DNA of 64,000 nt from Octopus sinensis (lineage: Eukaryota): NCBI RefSeq assembly GCF_006345805.1, contig NC_043014.1, positions 4,712,001-4,776,000 of the forward strand, given 5' to 3'. Shown here one piece after another: positions 29,349-42,488 of the stretch; the stretch's first letter is position 1; each line of letters begins with the position of its first letter. The notes under the pieces were generated by a model. That model ran no database searches and was not told the DNA's origin. It saw only the letters and a program-made list of their open reading frames with translations. The position numbers and the translations under genes are program-made.

Positions 29349-29623
29349 CATATATACATACATACTTATATACATATATACATATATACATACATACATA
29401 CATAGTCAGACAGATAGATTTCGTTTTGTCTGTTTCATTCATTAGACTGCCGCCTGGACCAGTTTTTAAGGGAACTAAACTCCCTCAAGGTCTATTTACG
29501 TTGTAAGCCTGGTATTTACTGTATCATTTTCTTACGCGGGGCCACTAAGTTACGGGGATGTAAACATAACAACACCGATGGTGAAACGGTGCTGGAGGAA
29601 ACACCGATACGCCCGCACCCGTA

Positions 29624-29717
<94 letters not shown>

Positions 29718-29955
29718 TATATACTCTTTTTTTTACTCTTTTATTTGTTTCAGTCATTTGACTGCGGCCAAGCTGGAGCACCGCCTTTAGTCGAACAACT
29801 AGACCCTGGGACTTATTCTTTGGAAGCCCAATACTTATTCTATCGGTCTCTTTTTGCCGAACCGCTAAGTGACGGGGGCTTAAACACACCAGCATCTGTT
29901 GTCAAGCAATGCTAGAGGGACAAACACAGACAAACAAACATATACATACACATAC

Positions 29956-30071
<116 letters not shown>

Positions 30072-30902
30072 CAAAATTAGAGAATGGAGAAACATACTTA
30101 AATCAATAAAACATCAACTATCCGATGATACCCAATCAATACTTTAATACACCATTACATATGAGTAAAGGCATTATACAAAATGAGATATACAGTAATA
30201 GTAAAAAGATAAAGAGATATAAGTAAAACATTTCAAATATAATATGCAATTAAATCAAAACTTCCCCTTCTATTTTTTAATGCCTAAACTGGTATATTAT
30301 GGCATTAAATTTATTAAGTAAATAAGAGATTTATTTATAATATATAAATTAATATATATTTTATATTTTATAATTTAGCGTACTTGGAATCATAACAAAC
30401 TTACGATAAATCTAACAACCGTATGTTTACTATGCAACAAACCGGTGTTATAAATTTTAAGTTACCCATGAAATAATTATCTGACTTAGTAACATACTGA
30501 TATTTAAAAATATATTTATATCTAAATTAAATATTTTATGAAATGCATGGGTGGTTCTTTTTCGTTATTTGAGGCACAGTTATAATTTTGAAGGACTAAA
30601 TGGTAGCATAGTTGCTTCCCTTTTTGTTTATCTATGTGCTAGTTGTTGCTTGTGATTATGTATGTGTATAAGTGTATGTATATACATATAACTATGTGTG
30701 TATGTGCGATTGATCTGTAGATGCGTGTGTGAATATTGGCGTTCCTTGACTAACCAACCGTATAATTTTCTTTTGTGATTTAAATTTCAAACCAATAGCC
30801 AATCGAATTAATCTAAATTTTCTTTACCTAGTGGTCAGCATTTCTAAACTCATAGTTATTTCGATCTTGAAAGGATGGACTTGGTGCAAACTTAACTGTA
30901 TC

Positions 30903-30905
<3 letters not shown>

Positions 30906-30986
<81 letters not shown>
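30906..30986. repeat. (TTA)n microsatellite
   Basis: Direct reading. Confidence 0.95.
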
Positions 30987-30987
<1 letters not shown>

Positions 30988-31194
30988 ATTAATAGTAATT
31001 TTTATTAACTTTCATAGCTTTAGAATTTTATGAACTGAACCATGGTTTTAATTATTATTTTTCATCTCCCTATGTAATGAGTATTATATTATATAAGTGT
31101 AGCATTATGATGTATAAGTTTTTATATTTTACATTTTTATATTTTTATATTTATATGTATATGGTTATATAATATTTTTCACAATTATAACAAA

Positions 31195-31325
31195 TTTAAT
31201 TTAATTCTCTGAAGAGGCCGTGGGGCATCCTTGTTAATGCCTCATTTATACCTGCCTTTATGGCTTAGAGGTTAAATGAGGTATGACTGCCCTCACTGCC
31301 GAAACAGCTGTCAGTTTTGATTTAA
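31195..31325 (+). ncRNA. Type I hammerhead ribozyme motif (Penelope pLTR type)
   Basis: CTGAAGA 31209-31215; long stem II (GGCCGTGGGGCA/TGCCCTCACTGCC with inner ATGCCTCATTTA/TAAATGAGGTAT); GAAA 31301-31304; palindromic CAGCTG; GUC cleavage triplet ending at 31312. Confidence 0.8.
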
Positions 31326-32285
31326 TTGCATATTATATTTGAAATGCTGACCACTAGGTAAAGAAAATTTAGATTAATTCGATTGGCTATTGGTTTGAAA
31401 TTTAAATCACAAAAGAAAATTATACGGTTGGTTAGTCAAGGAACGCCAATATTCACACACGCATCTACAGATCAATCGCACATACACACATAGTTATATG
31501 TATATACATACACTTATACACATACATAATCACAAGCAACAACTAGCACATAGATAAACAAAAAGGGAAGCAACTATGCTACCATTTAGTCCTTCAAAAT
31601 TATAACTGTGCCTCAAATAACGAAAAAGAACCACCCATGCATTTCATAAAATATTTAATTTAGATATAAATATATTTTTAAATATCAGTATGTTACTAAG
31701 TCAGATAATTATTTCATGGGTAACTTAAAATTTATAACACCGGTTTGTTGCATAGTAAACATACGGTTGTTAGATTTATCGTAAGTTTGTTATGATTCCA
31801 AGTACGCTAAATTATAAAATATAAAATATATATTAATTTATATATTATAATAAATCTCTTATTTACTTAATAAATTTAATGCCATAATATACCAGTTTAG
31901 GCATTAAAAATAGAAGGGGAAGTTTTGATTTAATTGCATATTATATTTGAAATTATTTACTTATATCTCTTTATCTTTTTACTATTACTGTATATCTCAT
32001 TTTGTATAATGCCTTTACTCAAATGTAATGGTGTATTAAAGTATTGATTGGGTATCATCGGATAGTTGATGTTTTATTGATTTAAGTGTTTCTCCATTCT
32101 CTAATTTTGTAGTATTAATTTACGGTAATATTATTACCTTTACCCATATAATACAATAGATGAACTGATTGTTTGACAATTTTTAACATCTATGTATTAA
32201 TCTTGTTGGGTACCTATCTGGCAGTATATTGGATATATATTATCCCATGGTGGGTAGAATTTTCAACCCCTATCTCATTTTATAA

Positions 32286-32318
<33 letters not shown>

Positions 32319-32486
32319 GACAGGCTTCTTTCAGTTTCCGTCTACGAAATCCACTCACAAGGCTTTGGTCGGCCCAGAAGACACTTTCCCCAGATGCCAC
32401 GCAGTGGGGACTGAACCCGGAACCATGCTACTTACCACACAGCCACTCCTGCGCCTATATAATATGTATATGCATATGGATATATT

Positions 32487-32542
<56 letters not shown>

Positions 32543-32869
32543 TTCGTACCGATATCTTACAGTCATTTATCTGAGAAATACTCCACACGCACCAACATGC
32601 ATGAATGATTACCTACAGGTAGTTAGTTGGGTGGTGTACATTTTGTGATATTTCTGAAGCAGATAATTAATACCTTTTATAAGACGAGAACTGAATCTAG
32701 ATAGGAAACTGTTGATGCGCATTCAGGGCCAACGCAATGGTGCATATAGAAGTTATTTTTGTTGTTGCTGTTGTTGTTGTCGGTAAAGCCCTCATGCACT
32801 TTCTGTCCTTTTATGAATCCGAATTGTGAGATTAAAACCGCATAAATTATAACATTGATCTCGATTTGT

Positions 32870-33379
32870 CAGCTTCCGAGACCGCGAGCGACGCGGCCGC
32901 CCGCGCGCCGCGACCGCGCTAATCCCTCGCAAGGGGGCGACGCGCGTTGCGGTCGAGGGACACCTCGCCCGAAAATCCGCCCGCTGCCGCCAGTCAGCGA
33001 CGAGCATCGGCAACCTACCCGACCCGTCTTGAAACACGGACCAAGGAGTCCCAGTCGACTGCGAGTCGTTGGAGCCTTTCAATTCGCGAACTCCGACGGC
33101 ACAGCGAAAGCGAGAACGTGACACGACGTCGCCGTCTCGCTTCGGCGTGACGGCGCTTCGAAGCATTGTTCCCGGGTCGGGTCCGCGCGTTCGCCGCGAC
33201 GTTCGCGTCCGGCGTTCCCGCTCCGACTCAGGTGTAGCAGGCGGCCGGGGACCCGAAAGATGGCGATCCATGTCCGGTCGGGACGAAGCCAGAGGAAACT
33301 CTGGTGGAAGTCCGAAGCGCCTCTGACGTGCAAATCGATCGTCGGAACCGGGTGTAGGGGCGAAACACCAATCGAGCCG

Positions 33380-33422
<43 letters not shown>

Positions 33423-33835
33423 CGCCAGCGGGAGAACGACACGCAATTCCGTCCGGTAAGGCGAACGACTGGGGGCCCCGGGGACGTTGACGGCCTCGAT
33501 CTACTCTCGAACTCGGAACGGGCGAAACGGGCCGCTCCTCTCTCGATCGGAGGCGGCCGCCGTTATGCGACAACGAATGCAAGGTGCCAAGTGGGCCACT
33601 TTTGGTAAGCAGAACTGGTGATGTGGGATGAACCGAACGTCCGGCTAAGGTGCCCTACTTTTCGCCCATTAGATCCCCGAAAGAGTGTCGGTCGATATAG
33701 ACAGCAGGACGGTGGCCAGGGAAGTCGGAATCCGCTCAGGAGTGTGTAACAACTTACCTGCCGAATCGACCGGCCCCGAAAATGGATGGCGCTGGAGCGA
33801 GCGACCGATGCCGGACCGGCCGGGCGATGCCCCTC
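32870..33835 (+). rRNA. 28S: 28S rRNA internal fragment (orphon or pseudogene)
   Basis: ACCCGACCCGTCTTGAAACACGGACCAAGGAG; GACCCGAAAGATGG; TAGTAGCTGGTTCCCTCCGAAGTTTCCCTCAGGATAGC; CCGAAAATGGATGGCGCT. Confidence 0.92.
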
Positions 33836-34162
33836 AAGTTTTTTTTTTTTTTTTTTTTTGAGGAGGTGGCAAGGTTTGGGGGCCGTGCATCGATAGGAAC
33901 TGAAAAAAAAAAAATATACCCGGATTTGACTTCCTTTTTTTCTGTTTATGAAAAAAGTACCCGCCTTGCTGATGTTTTTAGATCCCTCTCTACTATGGAT
34001 TGAATTCCTGGAAGAATTTTAACATTTTAGATTGGCATGTAAGGTTGTCGCAAGATAGGGAATTGGCCTTGAGAATGTGGGACCGCCCACAATAAAAACT
34101 GGGAATAAACTCTATAGAGTTTCAGTACATAAGGGGAGGTGGACGGATCGAAGGCGAGGAGA

Positions 34163-34198
34163 TTCCCACTGTCCCTATCTACTGTCTAGCTAAAGCAG
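34163..34198 (+). rRNA. 28S: Short 28S core fragment covering the R-element target region
   Basis: GAGATTCCCACTGTCCCTATCTACT.TCTAGC matches the conserved 28S core. Confidence 0.8.
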
Positions 34199-34200
34199 AG

Positions 34201-34829
34201 CTGAGTACGGCGAAGACCACGAGTGTGTGTGTCCGTGTGTTATCGACGAGGCACGAAGCGGCGATTTTACTTTCAAGAGTTCTCGGTCAAGTGCACGAGT
34301 GCGCCAAGTTATGCGGCCGGTTGATTGCCGGGGAGTAAGTCTGAGTACGACGAAGACCACGAGTGTGTGTGTCCGTGTGTTATCGACGAGGCACGAAGCG
34401 GCGATTTTACTTTCAAGAGTTCTCGGTCAAGTGCACGAGTGCGCCAAGTTATGCGGCCGGTTGATTGCCGGGGAGTAAGTCTGAGTACGACGAAGACCAC
34501 GAGTGTGTGTGTCCGTGTGTTATCGACGAGGCACGAAGCGGCGATTTTACTTTCAAGAGTTCTCGGTCGAGTGCACGAGTGCGCCAAGTTATGCGGCCGG
34601 TTGATTGCCGGGGAGTAAGTCTGAGTACGACGAAGACCACGAGTGTGTGTGTCCGTGTGTTATCGACGAGGCACGAAGCGGCGATTTTACTTTCAAGAGT
34701 TCTCGGTCGAGTGCACGAGTGCGCCAAGTTATGCGGCCGGTTGATTGCCGGGGAGTAAGTCTGAGTACGACGAAGACCATGAGTGTGTGTGTCCGTGTGT
34801 TATCGACGAGGCACGAAGCGGCGATTTTA
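34201..34829. repeat. 140-bp tandem repeat, about 4.5 copies (IGS-like subrepeat)
   Basis: CTGAGTACG recurs at 34201, 34341, 34481, 34621 and 34761. Confidence 0.95.
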
Positions 34830-36940
34830 TGTGCCCGATATCGAAAGAACGCACCTAAGCTCACAGTGTCACCCACGTACACGTGGACGTAGTTGCGACC
34901 GATGCCGGAAGGATGTCACGAGATACACGCGGTCGATAGGGCAACGTGGTCCTTCCCGTAAGTTCCCGAAAGATGACAAACAGCGGCCAGTGCAGGTATT
35001 GGCGGGCCTGCACCAGTCGCGCGGAGCTCCGCCGCTCTGCCGTGCCCGATCTAGTGAGGCTGAAGCGAACCTCGCGCTCTCGCCCACGTGAACGTGGACG
35101 TAGGCGCGATCAATGCCGCCAGCCGCCTGGAGTGTGTGGCGATGTGAAACGGGTGAATATGGCGACGTGGTCCGACCCGTAAGTTAAAGGAATCAGACCC
35201 GTAAGCTGACGGGTCGGCCCCGGCTGGATAGTCACGCTCTAGGTGACCGTCGCACCCCAAGGGGGTCAAGACTATATTGAGGGCTTGCAGTCGGCAGGTG
35301 GATGTCTCCGGGATCGTTCGGCAGGATGCCCGAGACGTCAGCCTAAGACGCCGTCAGCCCGGCGAGTGGCCGCCGCCTTCACGCCATCTTGCTTTCCCCG
35401 TTCGTCCACGCGCTGCGGGGCCGTTAGCGTCAGGCCTTCGCCTGTCGCCCGTTCCTCTGCCGCACTACCGTGCCCGAAATAGAAAGAACGAACCTAAGCT
35501 CGCGGTATGGCCCACGTACGCGTGGACGTAGCCGCAACCCATGCCGGAAGTCGTTCACGAGACGCACGCGGTCGATACGGCGACGTGGTCCGTCCCGTAA
35601 AATCCCGAAAGATGACAACTGCGGCTAGCACGAGGTAGCGGCGGCAGGCCTGCGCCGGTCGCCCGTTGCTCCGCCGCGCTACCGAGCCCGAAATCGGAAG
35701 ACCGAAACTAAGCGCGCGGCATCGCCCACGTATGCGTGGATGTAGCCGCGACCGATGTCACGAGATGCACGCGCTGGATACGGCGACGTGGTCCGTCCCG
35801 TAAATTCCCGAAAGATGACAAACTGCGGCCAGTGTAAGCAGGGGCTGCCTACGCCAGGCATGCTCCCTCCTTCGCCCGCAGCTCCGCCGCGCTACCGTGC
35901 CCGAAATCGAAAGAACGAACCTAAGCGCGCGGTATGGCCACGTACACGTGGACGTAGGCGCGATCGATGCCGTCAGTCTCCGGAAGTGTGTGGCGATACG
36001 AACCGGGTAGACAGAGCGACGTGGTCCGACTCGTAAGGTTAAAGAATTCGATCCGTAAGCTTACGAGTCGGCCCCGGCTGGATAGTCACGCTCTAGGTGA
36101 CCGTCGCACCCCAAGGGGGTCAAGACTATATTGAGGGCTTGCAGTCGGCAGGTGGATGTCTCCGGGACCGTTCGGTAGGAAGCCCGAGACGTCAGCCTGC
36201 GACGCCGTCAGCCCGGCGGGTGGCCGCCGCCTTCACGCCACCTTGCTTTTCCCGTTCGTCCACGCGCCGCGGGGCCGTAAGCGCCAGGCATGCGCCGGTC
36301 GCCCGTTGCTCCGCCGCGCAACCGTGCCCGAAATCGAAAGAACGAACCTATGCTCGCGGTGTGGCCCACTTACGCGTGGACGTAGCCGCGACCGATGTCG
36401 CGAGATGCACGCAATCGATACGGCGACGTGGTCCGTCTCGTAAATTCCCGGAAGATGACAAACTGCGGCCAGTATAAGTAGGGGCTGCCTTCGCCAGCAG
36501 CTCCGCCACGCGACCGTGCCCGAAATAGAAAGAACGAACCTAAGCTGGCGGTATGGCCCGCGTACGTGTGGACGTAGCCGCGACCGATGCCGGAAGGCCT
36601 TCACGAGATACACGCGGTGTATACGGCGACGTGGTCCGTCCCGTGAAATCCCGAAAGATGACAACTGCGGCTAGCACCAGGAGGCGGCAGGCCTGCGCCG
36701 GTCGCCCGCGTCTCCGCCGCCCTACCGTGCGTGAAATCGAAAGCACGAATCTAAGCGCGCGGTGTCGCCCACGTACGCGTGGACGTAGCCGCGACCGATG
36801 TTGCGAGGTACAGGCGTTCGATACGGCGACGTGGTCCGTCTCGTAAATTCCCGAAAGATGACAAACTGCGGCCAGTGCAGGTATCGGCCGATAGCGGCGG
36901 GCCTGCGCCCGCCTTCTCCCGCCTTCTCCCGCCTTCGCCC
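34830..36940. repeat. GC-rich hierarchical repeats (about 190-220-bp subunits in an 854-bp higher-order duplication); probable rDNA spacer
   Basis: GTGCCCGAAAT.GAAAGAACG and GATACGGCGACGTGGTCCGTC recur. Block 35160-35460 repeats at 36015-36320 (offset 854). Confidence 0.85.
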
Positions 36941-36944
36941 GAGT

Positions 36945-37100
36945 GGACGGGGGATCACTCGGCTCGTCCGTCGATGAATAGCACGGCTATCCGCGTGAAC
37001 TGATGCGAATTGCAGGACTCAGTGAACATCGACACCTCGAACGCACATTGCGGCCCCGGGATCCTATTGTCCCGGGACCCCGTCTGGTCGAGAGGCGGTC
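36945..37100 (+). rRNA. 5.8S: 5.8S rRNA (divergent, 5' end appears clipped)
   Basis: GGATCACTCGGCTCGTCCGTCGATG...GAATTGCAGGAC.CAGTGAACATCGAC..CTCGAACGCACATTGCGGCC. Confidence 0.9.
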
Positions 37101-37622
37101 ACGACACGAAAACGCCGTCCGCCGCGGCCGTTGGCTGCGGCGGGGAGTCGGGAGTCGCAGGAAAATGCGGCGCTTACCGCGAGGCCCGCATTATCTCGCG
37201 CGCGAGCCGCCGCCGCTCGATCGTCCGTCTCCCGTAATGCCAGACCGTCATCGTTGCGAAGCGCTGTTGCGACGGCCGCGCCGCCCCGAATCGCGCGGCC
37301 GATGACGACAAATCGCGGAGGGAACCCGCCGACGAGCGGAAGCAGAGGAGTAGGAGCAGTAGTAGGAACAACGACGACACGGCGAGGCCCCTCGTCCCGT
37401 CAACGTCCTCTACGTCCCTCCGAGCAACCGCCGCCCTTCGTCGTCGCTGCCACCGCCCTTCGTCGTCGCTGCCACCGCCACCGCCGTCTCGTCTTTCGGC
37501 GTTCGCTCTGTGGGAATATCTCCTTCGTGCGAGCGTTTGTGCCGATCGACAGCGGTGCGCCGGTTGCAGCACGAGCAGCAGCCGTCTCTTCGCAGCGGGG
37601 AACTCTTTATTTTTTCACGCTG
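37101..37622 (+). other. ITS2
   Basis: GC-rich spacer between 5.8S and the 28S 5' end. Confidence 0.85.
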
Positions 37623-37925
37623 CCCTCGACTCAGACTCGATTACCCGCCGAACTTAAGCATATCGCTAAGCGGAGGAAAAGAAACCAACCGGGATTCTCT
37701 AAGTAACGGCGAGTGAACCGGGAGAAGCCCAACGCCGAATCTCGTCGGCCGCGCCGGTCGTCGAGAGCTGTGGCGCAAGGGTCGTACACGGTCGATCGAT
37801 TCGCCCGGCTAGGTTCAGAGTCCCCTCGATCGGGGCTGCCCAGAGCGGGTGCCAGGCCCATTCGGAGCCGGCGGCGATCGACGGTGTCCATCGGCCCGAG
37901 AGTCGGGTTGCACGAACGACGCAGC
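37623..37925 (+). rRNA. 28S: 28S rRNA 5' end, truncated
   Basis: ACCCGCCGAACTTAAGCATATC...GCGGAGGAAAAGAAACCAAC...AGTAACGGCGAGTGAA...GAGTCGGGTTG. Confidence 0.92.
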
Positions 37926-38519
37926 ATTTTGTCAGTTACGTGTGGGTTCCGGCGGTAAGCCATATACCAGCTTTAAACACACACAACCATAATCATCTTT
38001 CCCCTCCAGTCACACTACCACCGAGCACTTCTCAGGACGCACACCACATACCTTTATCCGCATACACTCACACAATCTTTAATAGCAGCTCCACACATGC
38101 CACTATACAGGCAGTCACGCACATTGTTTCACCCAGTACACACGCCATAATGCACACTACTGCACCCAGACAGGCGCATAACACATGAATACAGACAATG
38201 CATATACACAAACACGCAACGCACATAACCACACGCAGTATGCATACACACCGACAAATTTCGCCCTCAATACATAATCAATACACATGCACACTATTTG
38301 GTCATTGGCACATACATACACAAGTACAGGCTCCACCTGAACAAGGACACATCACATTCTACACACAACACGCACACGTTAATCCCACACACACACACAC
38401 GTCCATATGCATACTAACACAGATACACATTTCCATACGAACACACACACATATATACACCCAGACTCGCTCATACATATCTACCCACACGCTGCCATTC
38501 ACATATACACCCTCACACA

Positions 38520-39850
38520 CACCACTCACACACGCTTGAGCACCTTAGTTCGTTTGGATTACAGTTACAATTGTTATTTTCATACACCCTCAACAAATTA
38601 GACTGCTGGAAAAGAAATAATCTTAGCATCGATTTACAACAAGCAATCTCAGATGCAAAGAGGCCTCCAAAGTAGGTCCCTAAGCTGTACCTAATGAAAC
38701 TATTTTCTAGAGCCGTACGAATCTGGGTTTTATACTCATTTCCTCTCTCCATCTCTTCACATCTTTCAGGATAGTTCCCAATACACCTCTAAGTACTCCG
38801 ATACATTTTCACCATGTTCAAATAGTAGCTTTCTACATAGCTTCCAGTGGATTACCTCCCTAGATTATCATGTCTTTTCTACTATTCCTTCTGTACCAGC
38901 ATGCTACATTCACTTACCAAAGGATAAACGCTTTCCTCTTTTGATTTCCATAATATTCATTGGTAATCTACTTTGTTTTTGTCTATTTTGGCCATTATCT
39001 AATTAGTCCTCCATACTTGATCTTATGCCGCTACTAACAAACTTTGTCTTCCGCTCCAGCTTCCCTTTCTGCAAACATGACCATCTCCCAGTACTACAAT
39101 TTGATGCTACTATCTTTGGAAATCTACCATCCATAGGAGTATATATCTAATCAAGGTAACTCCAAAAAGTCTCCTATTGATATTAACCCTCTTCCGCCTT
39201 TCTTTCTGTGTTGATATAATCTTACTACTCCTGCCTTTGGATGGAGTCATCCATCTGTCTAAATTTGCAAATACAGTTTTTGTCTAATTTACAAAAGCTG
39301 CTGAGTATCTAAGTAATGAGACTGCCTAAGTAAACACGGCCTTCACTACATTTGGACAATTTACCTTTGCCTTCATTAGCTTCCTCACCCTCCGATGTAC
39401 CCCTTCTCCATTTTCGTTTACATTTCTGTATTTAGTACCCAGATTCTAATACTCCTAGATACTTACTGCTCTCTCCTCCTTCCAATCATTTAAAGGTCTG
39501 GCCATCTGTTAATTGGACGTCTTCACTGTTGACTATCTGCCCCTTCTCATAACTAATATCTATGCCAAATTCCATGCCTATATCGTTGTTGAAGTGTCTT
39601 ACAGTCTGTATTATAAATGTAACGTTTTTTCACTCTTACTAAGTACCAAAAGATCTTCCATGTGGAGCAATTGGTTAATTTGTCGCTTTTTAATTCTGAA
39701 CTGACAGCCTGCCCTTGTCTTATATTATTACTATTATTATATATTTCCTACCTTTCATTGGGGCTCTTTTCCAGTTTTGGGGCTATTTTTCCCAAGCATT
39801 AAACTAATACATCTGCCCGTTTTTCCTACGCCTGTCTTCGTCATTTGCTC
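38520..39850 (-). mobile_element. Degenerate R4/Dong-clade RLE retrotransposon RT fragment
   Basis: Minus strand INQLLHMEDL...NDIGMEFG...SKYLGVLES, resembling the R4/Dong INHLMYMDDI...DIGMEFG...YKYLG motifs. Confidence 0.75.
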
Positions 39851-39867
39851 TGTGTAAATTTTAACTG

Positions 39868-39927
<60 letters not shown>

Positions 39928-39931
39928 TGTG

Positions 39932-39963
<32 letters not shown>

Positions 39964-39964
39964 C

Positions 39965-39998
<34 letters not shown>

Positions 39999-40122
39999 AT
40001 GTATGTATCTATGTATGTATGAATGTATGGAAAAAGTCAAGGTAGGAGATGCTAAACTAATTTTACAAAAAACATTTCTGTACCGCTTTCAGAAGAAGAA
40101 GAAGAAGAATGCGGGAGTGCCA

Positions 40123-40293
40123 TGATAGTAGTATGTTAAATGGTCAAGTGCCCTGAAAGTGACCCGTTGTGGATGGTAGTAGTGTTTGGGACTGTTTTTG
40201 AAAAAACAGTTTTTTCAAAAGTCCCAATTGCTGCTATAATCCATAACGAGGCACATTTAGGTCAATTGACCATTTAACACGCTACTACTATCA
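40123..40293. repeat. Imperfect ~170-bp palindrome (MITE-like)
   Basis: TGATAGTAGTATGTTAAATGGTCAA pairs with TTGACCATTTAACACGCTACTACTATCA; TTGGGAC pairs with GTCCCAA internally. Confidence 0.8.
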
Positions 40294-40439
40294 CACTACC
40301 TGCATTCCTTCTCATTCTCCCTTATCTTTCTCCTTCTTCTTCTTCGTCTTCTTCCTCTCCACCAACTCCTTCCTAACTTTACTACTATTGCTGTTTAGAG
40401 TAACACCTAGGCAAACTTTATAAACTAAACATTCAAAAG

Positions 40440-41050
40440 AGATGTCTCAAGAATTCAGTCACTAAAAACTGCATGGCTGCAGTTTAATGACTGAAAATAT
40501 GTACAGGTGTGGTTTCATTTATTATTCTAGTTGAAGAGCATTTAGGACGTATCTGAGTGGTATGAGATCCGAATATAAGGTGTGGGAAGTTTATGTAGAT
40601 ATAGGTTAAAAATTGTCACTGAGAGGACAAGTAGTCATATTCCAGTCGAATTTTCAAGACTATTTTCCGTGTAAAGTCCATAGACATAACAGCCTTATAT
40701 GTATTTAGCTAAGCAGCATTCTGCGGTGTTTCCTAAGTGGATGTGAAAAGTTATTCATGGGATGGTAACGGAGAATTGAGCGGAAAGATCTGCGGATGTT
40801 GATTTTTGTTAGAGTTGTACATGTGGGAGTAATTCTTTTGTTGTTGTAGCCATTATATATTTCATGATAAGTTTGTAAAGTAGTGTGGTGCTTCAGTGAG
40901 TTTGTCTTAGTTTGTATTATGAATCCGAGTGATTCTTTGAAAAGCCATACGTCTGAGATGGTGGCGCCAGTACGAGACTTGCTTGAATTTTTAAAGTTGC
41001 GCGTGAACAGTTGATATCTTTCTGTGATGGTACTTCATTCTAAGGTTTGG
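40440..41050 (-). mobile_element. Old LINE (Jockey/CR1-like) RT remnant
   Basis: Weak motifs such as YKAVMSMDF on the minus strand, with many stops. Confidence 0.3.
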
Positions 41051-41109
41051 TGTATTTGAGACAGTAAAGAAATTCCTGTTAAACTAAATATCATTTTACT
41101 TTAAGATTT

Positions 41110-41520
41110 AAATGTTATGCACAGAACCTTACACCATGATTCTTGGACTATTCGCCCAGGTTTACATTGTTATGCTTTCATATTTCTCACAGTCTATCAT
41201 GTGTTTTTGTTTTTTCATTTCTTTTCAACATTTTCTGAAGGCAAGTATAACAAATTATGACTGTGGCAATGGCTCACCAATTAAGCTGAATACTTTGTTG
41301 TCCAACCAGTGTAACTTCATAGCAACAGCAGGTTCTCGTATAAAACAGACATCGCACAGAATATTATGGTCATGATGGGATTTAGCGTTAATGAAAGAAA
41401 TGATTGTATTAGTCGTGTATAAGTTTAATTGATATTTACTACGATATATAGTTGCGGCTTTTTCTAGCTCCGTTGTAAAAGAATAGGCACGAATATATAT
41501 GAAGTAAGACAAGCTGAATA
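41110..41520 (-). pseudogene. Degenerate copy of the C4-like terminal exon
   Basis: ELEKAATIYRSKYQLNLYTTNTIISFINAKSHHDHNILCDVCFIREPAVAM aligns to EVEKGGYIYGSEYQLDFYPTNKLFSFSNAESIHDHNVPCAVCLTRQPAVVM; deletion and frameshift follow. Confidence 0.8.
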
Positions 41521-41625
41521 TGAAATAAGATAAGCATTGTTTCAAAGCAGGCCCTGAAAAGGAACTTTCAACATTCAGATTGCGATGGTAAAGGACAATG
41601 ATGAGCTTACGCATGATTTCTATGT

Positions 41626-41680
<55 letters not shown>

Positions 41681-42275
41681 TGTGTATGTGTTTGTGTGTG
41701 TGTATGTGAGTGTGTGCGGCTTTAACGACAAAAGCTCATTAAAAGCCGAACAGTATAAAATCTATTGATGTATTGTACACAAGAGATTTGGGGTTTAGAT
41801 ATTCTTTGTTCTGGTGACGTAAATAAAGGTCGCATGTTCCGTATTACTGTCTCTGGGATAAGAAATATTTTATTGCCTTTCTAAATAAACAGAGGTTTCC
41901 TGATACGATATCGGAATGGAGAGGAATAGACAACAGGATGACGCAGACAAAATTTGAAGGGCCTATGGATCCCCCTAATTTTACTGTCCAATGGAAACCT
42001 TTATCATGGTCCAAACCAATCAGTATATGACCTGAGAAGATATCCAAGCCGAGACTATTTGTATAAAAATGTAATTTGTAACTTTGGCTTGTAATACTAG
42101 AATGACCAGTTTGTTAATTTGGTGTCACGGTTTCTATCCGAGACAAATACAATTCGGATTTCGTTACTTACATATAAGCCTACATCCATCCATTCATTCA
42201 TCCATCCATCCAGCCAGCCAGCCAGCCAGCCACCCATCCATCCATTCATACATACATGCATGCATATATACATAC

Positions 42276-42340
<65 letters not shown>

Positions 42341-42457
42341 TACGTACATACATACATACATACATACGTACATACGTACATATATACGTACATACATACA
42401 TACATACATACATACGTACATACATACATACATACATAATACATACATATTACATAC

Positions 42458-42488
<31 letters not shown>

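Noticed and set aside
34201-34829. CRISPR-like array
   Set aside because: The units are fully repeated 140-mers with no unique spacers and no cas genes, in a eukaryotic rDNA context.
32792-37963. GC-rich Arg/Pro-rich ORFs in the rDNA region
   Set aside because: Typical spurious ORFs of rRNA and spacer repeats.
41844-42047. C-type lectin-like peptide ILIGLDHDKGFHW
   Set aside because: One weak motif with no conserved cysteines or supporting exons.
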